DNA of 64,000 nt. It comes from Octopus vulgaris. Its lineage: Eukaryota. The first letter of the stretch is position 1. Each line of letters starts with the position of its first letter. A model generated the notes under the pieces. It did no database searches, was not told the origin of the DNA, and worked only from the letters and a program-made list of their open reading frames with translations. This document shows positions 1-13,295 of the stretch, piece after piece. The stretch covers positions 101,184,001-101,248,000 of the forward strand of contig OX597818.1 in NCBI GenBank assembly GCA_951406725.2, written 5' to 3'. Position numbers and translations under genes: made by a program.

Positions 1-305
<305 letters not shown>

Positions 306-759
306 ATATATATATATATATATGCTTTTATTTGTTTTACTTGTTTCACTCATTTGACTGTGGCCATGTGACTGTGGCACTACCTACATTTCTTTAAAAG
401 ATTCCTTGAAATAATTTTACTTGTTGAACTATGTAAAAAGTGATAAGAAATATATGCTCAGATACAGTATAATTTTTAATGAAATTATGTATTTACATAT
501 TTCGACCGTTTTCGCCTATAATAATTAAGACGGATATTTTGTGAATGATTCGGAAGGTGATCAGTGATTTCCACCTTACGGTTAGGGTTTTTCTTTGACT
601 ATTCTTTCGAAAGTAAATACAATATACACAGATTCAAAGGAGATATATTCAGGAACTAAAATAATTTCATTATACAAAATTGGCTTTATGTTCATAGCAA
701 GAGGCGACTGTTGTTTTTCAATAACTATATCACATAGTTGTAGAGACAGTGTTCCATTA

Positions 760-2110
760 CATTTGTTTGGAGACTCCCCGCACATTTCCCTACAAATTCC
801 AGTAATGGCATTTGTCTATATTTTAGAAAACGGTCTTGCTATCTAGGCAGTGTTGTTCTCTGTCTGCGAGACATTCTTGTTTTTCCTATGTTGTGTTACA
901 TACTGAACATCTTAATACGTAGATTAAGATATCGGATGCAAACGTAATTTTTTTCTTAATTTTGAATCGCTATCCTTGAATAAATTAGAATTCAGAACTT
1001 TCGAGTAGGTTGGGACATGGTCCACAATTAAGTTACCCATAAAGTTCTTGGTTCTGTTGTAGTTGGGTATAATTTTAAACCTGCCAGTATTCTCTTAAGT
1101 GAATTATTTTTGAGGGGGGGGGGGGTAAATTATTTTGTGCGCGGAGAGTATAATATGGGCCCTGGTGAGGATAGGCAAATTTGGAAAAATATTATTATAC
1201 ACCTCATTGTTTTTAAGGTTGTGGGATATACATAAAGCTGAGTGTATTTTTCAATCGGTGTCTTATTTAGTTTTAATTATCTTAGAGTTTGGACATCAAT
1301 TCTCTTGGCACTGTTTATTGTATCATTTATTGCTGAACGTGGATAATGAATGTAGACGGGTATGGCTTTAGGATCAAGAAGTCATAAGTTCCGGGTATTT
1401 TTGTCAGACACAGTTGTGCAAATCGCTAAATTGGAAGGGAGTATCTATTTAAATGTGATTTCGCTGGCATGAACTGAATAGGTAGTATTACTTAGAGTCT
1501 GTGATTTTATAACAGTTATCGGTTTCTATTTGGGTATTGACATTTTTATTAAAATATCTAAAAAATGGAAGATTCTCTCTCCTCTCATTGTTGTATTCCA
1601 TTGTAAATTGGATGGTAGTATTGATATATTTGAGCAGTGTTATAAATTTCAATAGTTTACCAATACTTTTATTCGAAAGAATAACTCAGTCACCTAGATA
1701 TCTTTTCGAGTTATCTTTTATATTGGTAAAAGGAATATCCATATTGTTTTAGTGATACGTGATACATAGTCATTTCTAAATAACACAGTATTAGGTTTGT
1801 AACAATTGGGATCGCATTTATTCCCAACGCAATTGCACATTTATTTCTCTCGGTATCAAATATGACTTAATTATTCTGAATAATAAATTTTGATATTTCA
1901 AATATAAATTCCTTGTTCATGGATTCTAGTAATTCTTATGCATAGTTTACTAACCAGAATCGGATTGCTTCTCTTTCTTAGTCGTATTTGATATTTTGTT
2001 AGGTATGTTTACAAAGATATCATGAGAGTTTATTCATTGATTGTTTTGGGAGGTTGTTTTCTTCATCGATTGTTTTTGGGAGGTAATCTAAATGATCTCC
2101 AGTGAAGATA
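760..2110 (-). mobile_element. Old, heavily degraded Penelope-like element (RT, thumb and GIY-YIG relic)
   Basis: Hand translation gives AIRFWLVNYA*ELLESMNKEFIFEISKFIIQNN, KRYLGD, IQFTMEY, LPFLDILIK, IETDNCYKITDSK and ICTTVSDKNTRN. These are colinear with the PLE protein at 27105-28434. Many stops and frameshifts. Confidence 0.8.
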
Positions 2111-2271
2111 CCGATACATCTCAGATGAAGTTTCAGTAGTGTATCAAGTTGGTTATGCTTTGGGTTTCACATGAGGAGCCAGCTATAATTTTAAACGTCG
2201 AAATGAGGTGAATATTAATATATATACATAGACACATACATATATATAAATATATATATACACACACACAG

Positions 2272-2313
<42 letters not shown>

Positions 2314-3082
2314 GATGATTCTTAGCAGGCTTCATTCAATATCAGGCTTTTGTGAATTCTTGGTAAAGCATATATTAGTTTATATTTCAAATTCATTACA
2401 TCCTGTGATTATGGATATCGTGAAAGGCTTGATTGGAAGTCTTCCTTAAGAAATGTTTGAACCTGATAGGGGAATATGTTGAATAAAATTATAATTAACC
2501 GATCCTCCTTTATTTCAATTTACACAAAGCCGAAAATTCTCAATGCTGGAGGAAATTTTATATTCCTTGCTTTGGGATGATCCCGTCTAGTCTCTGAATT
2601 ATCCCTCATTCGGGCTTGGGAGCGGTTTACTCCACACTGTGATTGTATTTCTCATCGCTGCGTTCATTAAAATGCTTGTACTTTGTTCTAAATAGTTGTT
2701 TAGTCATTTCCGTATTGGTTTTCATTATTGTTTCTTTTTAGACGGTTGTTATCAGAAATGTATTCTGTTTGAATCTGGTATCATTATCCCATTCAAGGGA
2801 CTTTACTTCTTCAGACTTACAATTTTCTGGCCAAATGTTGTCCATCAGCATAAATACAAACCTATCAATAGTTTATATTTTTCTTCGCTGTTTGATACTC
2901 CAAGTTTAACCAGTTTAATTTCCACTTTCATTTATTCTATCGCTAACTTATCTTTTAATTGTCTTTGCCGTTTTTAGATGTAGTTTCATTGGGAGGACAA
3001 ACGGTGTTGACATCTTCCATCGTTCATATATATTTGCCTTGTTATCATTTTGAAGTATGTTGATTCAAGTCGCTCATTTTAG

Positions 3083-3290
3083 GACGGCGAGCTGCCAGAA
3101 TTGTTAGTAAGTCGGCAAAATGCTTAGCGGCCTTTCGTCCGTCTATACGTTTTGAGTTCCAATTCCACTGAGATCGACTTCGTCATTCATTCTTTCAGGG
3201 CCGATGAAATAAGCATCAATTAATCAATGGGGTCAGTGTTATCGATTTACCCACTTCCCTGGAATTGCTGTCCTTCAGCCAAAATTTAAA
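3083..3290 (+). mobile_element. SINE family B (tRNA-derived head GGCGAGCTGGCAGAA...), diverged
   Basis: Similar to the cleaner copy at 55296-55528. Confidence 0.75.
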
Positions 3291-4896
3291 TCCCGTACTA
3301 GCCCTTTCATATTTCATTCATGATAAAATGTCAACAAGCAGAACGCCGGAAAGAACACTTTCTAATTATTAAAATGAAATTGAGATTTATCTCTTATAAT
3401 TTTTATTACGTTGTTGAAATGGAAATACCAGCTAGCAGGTTTATGACACTCATTGTGGTACAGAAGAGAGAAAGAATGCTCCTTTGCTTTGATTTCAGGC
3501 TTGACAATGGTATCGAAGATATGTTTGAATGGAATCTGGATCTGGTTAATACTGGAGGATGGATGAGCATAGAAAGCTAAATTTACTGATAACCGAAATA
3601 ATTGAAGTCATCTGTTTGCATTTACGCACTTAAAACTTAGATTCACACTCACACACAACTTCACATGCTCATATACACTGAAAATAATAACTGAAACAAA
3701 TTAATATACTTTTCCCTCCATACGTTTCATCAGCGTTATTTGCAAATAATACATTTGATGTTATTATCACGTCTTTAATGCTATTCAGTACAATAGCAAT
3801 TACAGCATTATAGAGGAGTATAGTGGATGAAAATATCGATACAGTATTATGAAAGACTAGCAGTCTCTATTTGATATTGATATCTAGAAAATATATTCAC
3901 TAAACTACGGGAGCGATATTTTGTAAAAAATAATAAAATTTAACCATGTGTTATAAACGGGACAACAATTTTCAATACAAAACATTTCCAAGTAACTTTG
4001 TTTAAAAACATATATCCACATTCATTGACAAGTTTGTACCATAAAAATGTTTTGGAACAGAAAATAAATATAAATACTAAGTGAGTGGATGTTGAACTCT
4101 CCCATAGACAAGAAAGTATATGCTCTTACGTTAAGGTATTTTCTTCGTAAGATTGTTGACGTGAACAAATATGTTGAAACAGATATTGTTACACTTGAAT
4201 TTTATTATTTTTTTTTGCCAATTGTAAGCAAATCAAGAAGAGACTCATGGAACAGAGAGTCACTGATCAAATCACAAAATGAGTGACGAAAGAAATTTGA
4301 CACAAGTATATATTACAATTAAAACGAAGGAAAATTAAAGTTAAGATCGAATAAATTGTGCATTTGTTTAATTTAAAAAAAAACATTATTTACAAAAGTA
4401 CCGGAAATTATGACGGCAAAATCGGATCTTGTAAATTTTCCGAAAGTCCCATCTCCACTCTATGGTCGTCAGCGCGCATTTTCTTTTCATATACGTTTTC
4501 CACACACTTGTTAATACCTCCACGAGGCTGGTTTAATAATTTTTATGTTCCCGGATGAAAGTCTTTATATTGACCATTAAGTTGAATTGTGAAAGTTGTG
4601 TTTCTTATATATATATATATATATATCTGTGCATGTGTGTGTCCGTGTCTGTGCTTGTGTGTCCGTGTTTGTGAGTGTGTGTATCTGTGTGTGTGTGTGT
4701 GTGTGTGTGTATAGATGTATGCTCTCGTTAATTTAATAAAAAAGAATTCAGTCGGTAGAAGTGGTATCATGAATTAAACCACGTGCAATGCAAGGCTAGA
4801 GATTCGCCGTATATGGTATTGTATAGTATTTGTAACATGAAACAACACACACACACAGAAACACACATACACTTGTGTGTGTGCGTGTACAACATG

Positions 4897-4930
<34 letters not shown>

Positions 4931-5518
4931 AATGGCGGGTAGCAAAGCTGCTCGCATATGCACCGTTTTAGTATGATTAAAGGAAATTTCAGAAGATCTT
5001 ACGCAATATTCTTCGAAAGGTGAGAAGAATATTACAAGTAGAATTCACTTTACTGGTCTTATGACATATCCGTTTTACATTTGAACCGACACACAACGGA
5101 GCTCTGATTGGCTGATACTTTCTTTCTTCCTTAAACTTGGTATATCACATCCAGCCTATAACACAAAGTATACGCTTCAATAAATTCAGATTTATCTCTT
5201 CATAGAAATTGCAGAGAATCTATAATGCAATAAATGTACAGTATGAAATGAGACAGTTGTCGAGCACATCAATAATTTTACCTAAGTTATGCGCAGTTTC
5301 GATTCCTAGACCAGGTGTTGTGAGTGTTTATTGAGCGAAAACAACTAAATCTCCACGAGGCTCCGAGAGGGGGTGGTGGCGATCATGAAAATTTCGCGTG
5401 CATTTGTAATATTCCCCCTTAGATTTTAATTCTGAACAGTACCTATACGTTTCTTCCTCCAACCCTAAATTGTATACCGCTAAAAAATATATTCAACTGC
5501 ACTTGTTTTCTCTATATG

Positions 5519-5573
<55 letters not shown>

Positions 5574-5598
5574 TAAAAGCAGCAGAAATATAACAAAA

Positions 5599-5638
5599 AC
5601 TGTTACTCGAAGTATCACGTTCCTGTTCGTCGGACAGT
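5599..5638 (-). ncRNA. Minimal hammerhead-like motif near the 3' end of a PLE-type element abutting (TA)n
   Basis: Minus strand reads ACTGT-CCGACGA-ACAGGAACGT-GATAC-TTCGA-GTA-ACAGT. Stem I (ACTGT/ACAGT) is perfect and stem III is near-palindromic. GAAAC is mutated to GATAC, so it is probably inactive. Confidence 0.6.
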
Positions 5639-6504
5639 GTTGTTAAAATAGAACAGAAACAGCAATTTGATCAAAACTAGCTAAAGGATGCACCTTTAAA
5701 AATGGATTTGTTTCATTGGCCCTTTTATATAACGGTCTTAGGCAAGCGATAAACAAAATAAACAAAATAAATGAGTTCAATATAAATTATAAAAATCGAG
5801 CAAAAACATTAAATCGAAGAGTTGATTCAGAATACATATTGTCATTAATTATATAGAAAATATAATTCGATTAATACAATTAATAAATAAAAATTAAAAT
5901 TAAAACATATTAAAATGTTTCACAACATGGTATACTCATACTAAACCATCAATATATATATACATCAAAGTACACCGTTAGATGTACACAGACCACATAC
6001 ATATACAGACATATCAATGCAAAACGAAAACATACACACAAATACACATACACATGTATACGCAATCTTGCTCGCATGCAAAAATCACTTGGTGTATACA
6101 TATAGACTAGAAGTAAAACGCAGGGAGGGGGAAGAAAAAGAAACGGTAACGATCTTATAAACAACAGATAGCTAAAGACGTGAGTAAGAGAAGAAGAGAG
6201 TGGCCTAAAGTTACAGAACTCTATAAAAGTAACGAGTAGGGAGAGAAATGATAACGAAAGAAAGGAAGAAAGAAAAACGTCTGACTATGCGTAAAGAACG
6301 TTCACAAAATAAAATTACGTATACATGTGCATATAAAAGTGTATACTAGCAGTAAATACACATATAAAGGCACATATATAAATATATAGAGACAAGTACG
6401 TAAAAACACATCCACACAAATCCAAGTGAATACCTGCATACATATACGCCCATGTATGGATGTGCATAAGTACAAACATACACGCTAACTTACACATATA
6501 CATT

Positions 6505-6930
6505 AATATTAGTTTTAATTTAAAACCAGTAGTTTAGCATACAAAAATCTGAAAAATCAGAGAAAAATTCTAATACATGTGTATATTGACAGGGCAAGAC
6601 TGCTAGGTAGTCGACCGCATGCTAGAAATAGATCATCAACGATCAAACTACAAAGAATGTTCTCTAGAGGAAAATTTAGCGAAAACCAGAACCAAATTTG
6701 GCGGGCAGGACAGATGAAAATTTATATAAAAAACAGAATTAATTGCATACCTCGGTTTCAGCCTTTAACAAAAGAATTACTTAAACAATTCAAATGTTCG
6801 TCGCCTCGTCAGTACGATCGTTCAGAATAAATGTAATCTGAAAAGCATTCTTTGTAGTTTGATCGTTGATGATCTATTTTCTAGCATGCGGCCGACTACC
6901 TAGCAGTCTTGTCCTGCCAATATACATACA
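6505..6930 (-). mobile_element. Fold-back element, copy 1 (arms ~6578-6660 and ~6846-6930, HHR in the loop, tail 6505-6577)
   Basis: GGCAAGACTGCTAGGTAGTCG..ATGCTAGAAATAGATCATCAACGATCAAACTACAAAGAATG recurs as a reverse complement at 6846-6930. Confidence 0.8.
6745..6815 (-). ncRNA. Type I hammerhead ribozyme motif with intact core
   Basis: Minus strand reads GTA-CTGACGA-GGC...GCT-GAAAC-CGAG-GTA-TGC. Stem I is short. Confidence 0.7.
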
Positions 6931-6959
6931 TATATATATATATATTTATATTTATATAC

Positions 6960-7335
6960 ATGTGTATATTTGGAGGGCAAGCCACTATGTGGTCGGCCGT
7001 ATGCTAGAAGTAGATCACCTACGATCAAACTACAAAGAAAAGAAACCGCCGGTCTGTGAGTAATTCTGATTTTTTATTTAATTTTCATCTATCTTGCCCG
7101 CATTTTCGTTCTGGTGTCCGCTGAATTTCCCTCTAGAGCACATTCTTTTCTTTGTAGTTTGATCGTAGGTGATCTACTTCTAGCATACGGACGATCACAT
7201 AGTGGCTTGCCCTCCAAATATACACAGGTATTAGAATTTTCTCTGATTTTTCAGATTTTTTGTATGCTAGGCTACTGGTTTTAAATTGATGTTAATTAAA
7301 TTAATATTCAATTTATCTCCCTCATTATTTAAATT
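6960..7335 (+). mobile_element. Fold-back element, copy 2 of the same family in the opposite orientation, with the 5' half of the HHR deleted
   Basis: Arms at ~6960-7041 and ~7145-7226. GAAAC-CGCCG-GTC remains at 7042-7054. The segment 7060-7288 is a diverged reverse complement of 6517-6745. Confidence 0.75.
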
Positions 7336-7350
7336 ATATATATTTATATA

Positions 7351-7772
7351 TAGAGTGGTTGTATACTGTCAACTTAACGTGACAGTAGGGAATTACACCA
7401 CCGCTGTTTAGCCCTAGGAAACATCGACGCTTCCTGCCGGCTTCAACACATTTCCTGTGTCCTTATATATTTACGAGACAGATATCTTCAGCTAGCAGGC
7501 CTCTGCTACTCTAGACCGATGATGGTCAAAGACCCTGAAACATGCGTGTCTCTAGATGCAGGCCTAGCTGTTGGGGGTATTTGTCCCCCCTTTGTAAATA
7601 TATAAGGACACAGGAAATGTGTCGAAGCCGGCAGGAAGCGTCGATGCTTCCTAGGACTAAACAGCGGTAGTGTAATCCCCTACTGTCATGTTAAGTTGAC
7701 AATATACAACCACTCTATCACCCCACCACCGTACATATCTCTATGAGATATTTAGAAATTTAATATTTCTGA
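7351..7772 (+). mobile_element. Rod-like fold-back element in (TA)n: ~125-bp arms (7351-7475, 7593-7717), HHR at the apex, ~55-nt unpaired 3' tail
   Basis: TAGAGTGGTTGTATA... at the left end mirrors ...TATACAACCACTCTA at the right end. All arm mismatches are transitions. Confidence 0.9.
7510..7556 (+). ncRNA. Type I hammerhead ribozyme motif (CCGAUGA core variant)
   Basis: TCTAGA-CCGATGA-T-GGTC-AAA-GACC-CT-GAAAC-ATGCGT-GTC-TCTAGA. Stems I, II and III and the GUC cleavage triplet are all present. Confidence 0.8.
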
Positions 7773-8159
7773 TATATATATACATATACATATATATATA
7801 TATATATAAATGTAACAAAAACGCAATACAGGACAATAAAAACATTAGGATAGATAGGCGATACAAAGGCGGACAAGAGAAACCACACTTAGGAGGACAG
7901 GTAAAAAAAGATGGGTCAATCGTGGCCTTCTTTCCTCAGTCAAGTGCCAGACGGGCAGTTACACTTGAGATGGTTCGATCTGGTTGCCCCACAAAAAGTC
8001 TAAGCTAAGAGAATTAGGCCCCTTTCTAAAAAAGCTAGAGAATTTGTGCGACGACAGACCATAAAAAAATTCGACCATGTTGTGAAAGTAAGAATTCAAG
8101 CAACAAGAAATAATAATATGTGTCTTTCGACTGAGAACCAATCAAATTGAGCTGGCGTG

Positions 8160-8300
8160 TTTGAGGTGAAAGCCTAAACATAGAAGATAGATGTAAGAGG
8201 CGTTGGCGTTCAGGCTAAGAAAGAAAGACCCTGGCTGGCCGCACACCGGTCATGTGGAAGGAGGAGAGACGTTTAGGAGGCGGCGGAATTGAAGGATTAT

Positions 8301-8365
<65 letters not shown>

Positions 8366-8456
8366 CATATACACAAATATACAGACATATATATAGATAT
8401 ATACATATATATATACAAATATACACACATATATATATATATATACACATATATAT

Positions 8457-8516
<60 letters not shown>

Positions 8517-8603
8517 ATATATATGTGTATATATATATATGTGTGTATATTTGTATATATATATGTATATATCTATATATATGTCTGTATATTTGTGTAT
8601 ATG

Positions 8604-8677
<74 letters not shown>

Positions 8678-8833
8678 TGTGTGTGTGTGTGCATAATCCT
8701 TCAATTCCGCCGCCTCCTAAACGTCTCTCCTCCTTCCACATGACCGGTGTGCGGCCAGCCAGGGTCTTTCTTTCTTAGCCTGAACGCCAACGCCTCTTAC
8801 ATCTATCTTCTATGTTTAGGCTTTCACCTCAAA
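8160..8833. repeat. ~670-bp spacer-less palindrome centred on (TA)n at ~8497
   Basis: The unique segment 8160-8301 is the exact reverse complement of 8692-8833. The internal CA/TA tracts are mirrored but differ in length. The ORF track shows near-identical ORFs on both strands. Confidence 0.95.
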
Positions 8834-9299
8834 TGACCGCAGCATTTTGTCTTGGCTACACGCGGGTGGAAGGGGGCTGGTGACACAAACTTTCATTCAA
8901 ACTTTGAATTTCGTGGTACTGGTCATGCTTTGGCTCGCTCTGACACTGAGTTGAGATAATGCCTTCTAGTATCTCAAAATTTAATATACAATTATTCATA
9001 ATTGTGGTATCCTGCGCCGATGAGAAAAGAAGTTTGGGTAAAGTAGAATTTTCTAATTCTTATGCTCTCCTAAAACTTGATTTCGAAACGTACGTCCGTA
9101 GGTAACTTAAAATTGTATGATGGATTGCCGTCATTTCATTCTTTCTTTCTTACCTGTCTGTGTTTGCCTTTCAAGTGCTGTGTTTTTACTGAGATCCCCC
9201 TTTTAGTAGAAGGAATAGCTATATCTCTTTGACTGCTATTTCTAAATTCGGTGTGTTGGTGAGGCAATTCGTTGCTAAACCCTTAATTACTTAGTATTA

Positions 9300-9300
<1 letters not shown>
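8834..9300 (+). mobile_element. PLE-type non-coding 3' end carrying an HHR and ending in (TA)n
   Basis: Begins exactly where the palindrome ends, contains the HHR at 9011-9102, then a T-rich tail and (TA)n. Confidence 0.6.
9011..9102 (+). ncRNA. Type I hammerhead ribozyme motif (CCGAUGA core, long stem II)
   Basis: CCTGCG-CCGATGA-GAAA..AAGTTTGGG...CCTAAAACTT..TTTC-GAAAC-GTAC-GTC-CGTAGG. Stem I is 6 bp and stem III is the palindrome ACGTACGT. Confidence 0.85.
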
Positions 9301-9332
<32 letters not shown>

Positions 9333-10099
9333 TTGTAGTTGTTAACATCAAATGGTTCCGTTCCTGACACAACTCACCGTTGTAGTGTTGTTACATGTTA
9401 AACCAATATTACTTCCTTTCATTCCATATATGACAAAATATACTAACGGAACTAATTTTATCCGACAGCAAATATCGAAAATTCTTCAGATTGTATAGGT
9501 TTTTACTGCCGTATAATTCGTATAAATTACTTTACATTTTGTGACATTAATTAGCACGTAATCAACAATACATTCCCCATGTGTAGTATATATTTTATAA
9601 ATAGTGTATCAGCTAAAACAATGGGGTCAAATAGAAAAGGATGTTGCAAAGAACTTTCATACACGTCGTCGAAATATTTAGGAAATTTAAACAGACATGC
9701 ATAATATTTATAAATAGAAAATCATATATGTACATCAAAGCTTGCAATATCTAAAATGACCACAAACTTGGACAATAAGCTTCAAATTAAATACAGAGAA
9801 AAGGCAGCGTGATATTTATATTCTCGGGTCTAGTTTTATTGTAGTTTTATTAATGGTGTAAATAAATTCTTCAAATGGAACATTGCAAATTGGAAATATT
9901 CTAATTCCCATGGATTTAAATTACGTCATGCAATGTTCAATAAAATTTTAATTATTGCTTGATTTTGAAAACTGAGCTTAAGTAACAAATATTAAAGAAA
10001 TTAAATTAATGACTCCTTCTTAAATTAAATTTTTAACGTCTATTCATATAACTTTTGATGCATGAATGAAATTTTGGTCGCTATGTAACTACAAATGGG

Positions 10100-10434
10100 A
10101 AACCCCCTTCGGTCATAAATGACCATGGGATTGCACATAGAAAGTTACCCACCGAGGTAAAAGTCCGGGTAAGATTGCTTATGGAAAACCAGCAGTCGCC
10201 CATGCATACTAGCCTCTCCTCTCCAAACCACTGCTGTTATCGAAGGGAAAGCCAAAAACCAATACAACTTGGCCGCAGTGATGTCGCTACTTATTTCTAC
10301 AGCTGAGTGAAATGGAGCAACGTGAAATAAAGTGTCTTGCTCAGGAACACAACACGCAGCCCGGTCCGGGAATGGAACTCACAACCTCACGATCGTAAGC
10401 TCGACGCTCTAACCACTGAATCATGCGCCTTCAC
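10100..10434 (-). mobile_element. SINE family C (tRNA-derived, near full length)
   Basis: Minus strand reads GGCGCATGATTCAGTGGTTAGAGCG (A box) ... GAGTTCCATTCC (B box) ... GTGTTCCTGAGCAAGACACTTT (conserved central SINE domain). Confidence 0.85.
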
Positions 10435-11707
10435 GTAACTACAAATAACCCATGTCTTTCCTAGTCGAAATATATTTTTGATATTAGCGTTGTTGTTTAT
10501 GATTTGTATGTGCTTATTTATTTTAATATGCAACGAATATTTCTTAATGTATATGATGGTCACATCCAAAACCGTACGTTTTATATTGTCTTTTGGAACA
10601 ACTGCTTTCAAAAGGTGTGCAACATCAAAGTTTCTATTGAAATGTATCTGTGACTGCCTAGGGATTCTTAGACATTTTATATCCAAAAGCGACTCTAAAG
10701 TCAATATTACATGGTTTTTATCTATGGATTGAACATGTGTTTTGAGATCCACTATTCCGATAATTGAGTGCATTGTTTTCGACATCAACATCAATACAGT
10801 TGTGTTCTACATGAACATCTTTCTTAGTTATGACAATCGGGTTAATATATTGTCATAAAGGTATCGCGAAAGGCCTAGGTGGAAGCCCAACATGCAGAGT
10901 TCTTTTACGGGGCCTAAGAAAACTGAAGGACCGCTGCAACAACAGTGTGAATCAGAGAAAGGAATATGTTGAATAAAATCATAATAATGCTGTTCAGATT
11001 CGTTCCACTTCCTGTTGAAAGTTCTATCATTCCACAATTCTCAATTAAACATTTAAAAAGAATGATGTGTTCACACTCAGATCCGTTTATAAATATCATG
11101 AATCGCATGACCTATCATTCACAGATCATGCAACGCATCTTTGCATCTTCCACAACCGATATATAAATCATAACCATTATATATAATATATTATCATAGC
11201 TGCGTTCTAACTCGGGCCGTAACAACAACGTTTCCTCATGAACTCACACGAACACAAACAAATCCTCGCACACACGAAAGCACACACGCACACGCAAGCA
11301 TTTATCCAGATGCCCGTACTTAGAATTATGTTGTCTTCGAAAGCATATTTCTAATAATGTAGTTCTGCATGTATATTCATATTTTACTGATTTAGTGAAT
11401 TATTATGGAAATATATAATTTTGTGTATGCTCAACTTCTAAGATACTTTTTTCTTTCCTGGGGGCAACAATTAAAATTTATAATAATGGCTTCAAAATTA
11501 CGAGTTGAATGACACATGTATTAATTATTTAAGGAAAGTTGGAGAGAATATTAATCTAGAACTTATGATTATTTCCCACAATTTGTATCACACTTATTTA
11601 AATAGTATATAACCACACACAATTCTAAAGGTATAATGGTTATGGTTATAAGACAGAAGTGTGACGATATTACATATTTATACATTACACACGGCCATAA
11701 AATGAAC

Positions 11708-11920
11708 GCAGCGAGCATGGCAGAATCGTTCGGATGCTGGGCAAGATGCTTAGGGGCATTTAATCCGTCTTTACGCTGCTTTTAGTTCGAATTCCGGCGA
11801 GCTCGAATCTGCCTTTCATTCACTTAAGTATCGATAAAATAGCCACAACTTGAACACTGGGGAGACGATGTAATGGACCATATTTTGAGATTGATGGTCC
11901 ATTGGCAATATTTGAAACCA
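11708..11920 (+). mobile_element. SINE family B, diverged
   Basis: GCAGCGAGCATGGCAGAATCGTT..GTTCGAATTCCG..GCCTTTCAT. Confidence 0.7.
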
Positions 11921-13295
11921 ACATGCATATATGCGCGCGTGCGTGTGTGTCTTAGAGTGGAGCGAAAATGCAAATTTCGAAATTGATAAATAAGCATCGA
12001 TATTTTGTTGTTAATTATCGTTAAAAGAAAGCTGAATAAAAATCTTTGGGGCTCTGCAACGCAATTAAAATATTTTTGGTCGAATGTTGGAGTCCATGAA
12101 TTATGAGTCGTAACGATTACGTGTTTCTACATAGCAGATTGTAAAACAGTAAATAGAGTATCCTTAAGAGGTTGCATACCGATTTTCAATGCAATTGACT
12201 AATATCATGAACTCGTGCATTGATTATAAAGTGAACAGGAGTTTGAACGTCTCTCCAGTGCCGTTGCAACGGCAGTTGCGTGAGAACGTACGTCGTAAGT
12301 GTGAGACGTTTCTGCTTTGTACTTTGACTTTAGGCCATTGTTTTAAAATTAATAATCGTGGTAAATTTAGTGATTTTTTTTTTACATTTAGTGATGACTC
12401 ATAAGTCAGTACCGCATCATGATATTGAATGCCAAATATGTGGTACTGCATGTGATGTTAGCGAGCATGGCCAACTTACAAGGACGTACTAAACTATGTC
12501 TTATTTGAACGGAAAAAAGAAAAAGAATGTAGTTAAGAAAGATCCTGTAATTAAACATATTGTCAAGATCCTGTAATTAAACAAAGTGTCAACATAATTC
12601 TTCTTTGGCAAAAGGCATCCATCTCTGGTGTTTTGATTGAGTCAGTTAAACCGAAAATCTTATATCGTCTTAGGAATAATGTCGTTTCAGGAATTTCCGA
12701 AACAACAAAACTTTTTTCTGTTCCTTTCTTTATTTGAGAGTGAGATGCTAATTTTCGTCTACTAATTAAATTAATTGGCTATATTACTGGAACGAAAAGG
12801 AATACACTGCAATGATTCGTATTTTTAGCTATGGATATATATTATTTTTATCACCAAAATGTGTCAAGAATCAAAAACATGCTTGCACGTACTTTTATTT
12901 TAATGTATGTGTAATATAGACCTCATGTAACACATATATTCGATGACCTAGTATTTAAAAAGGATAAAGAAAAAACAAAGACGAAAAGTCAATTTATTTC
13001 ACATCATTCTGAAACTTTAAGTGCGTTGTGGAGCTTAAAGATATGAATGTTAGAGTTTGAGAGTTTAACACTTTTGTTTTTAGAGGATGCTGCAAATGGA
13101 AATCCATTACTAACAATGAATGCAAAGAATAAAATGAGTAGCGGCAAATGTGGTATAAATTGATTTTGCACTCATTATTCAGAATTTCAATCGAGCTGCA
13201 GAGGCAAAAGGTGTAAATTTAAGAACTTCAGATTTTAACACAGTTGCTTTAAAAGGATTTCACAACCAAAAGTGTATTTCGAAAACCTGTGTAAA

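Noticed and set aside
10360-10434. tRNA-like sequences here and at 17048, 21258 and 55298
   Set aside because: They have A/B boxes but no complete cloverleaf and run into repeat bodies, so they are SINE heads and not tRNA genes.
10387-11166. Cluster of non-repetitive ORFs (also 2696-2977 and 63481-63858)
   Set aside because: No recognisable motifs or consistent splice signals. They may be old TE debris, but I cannot support a call.
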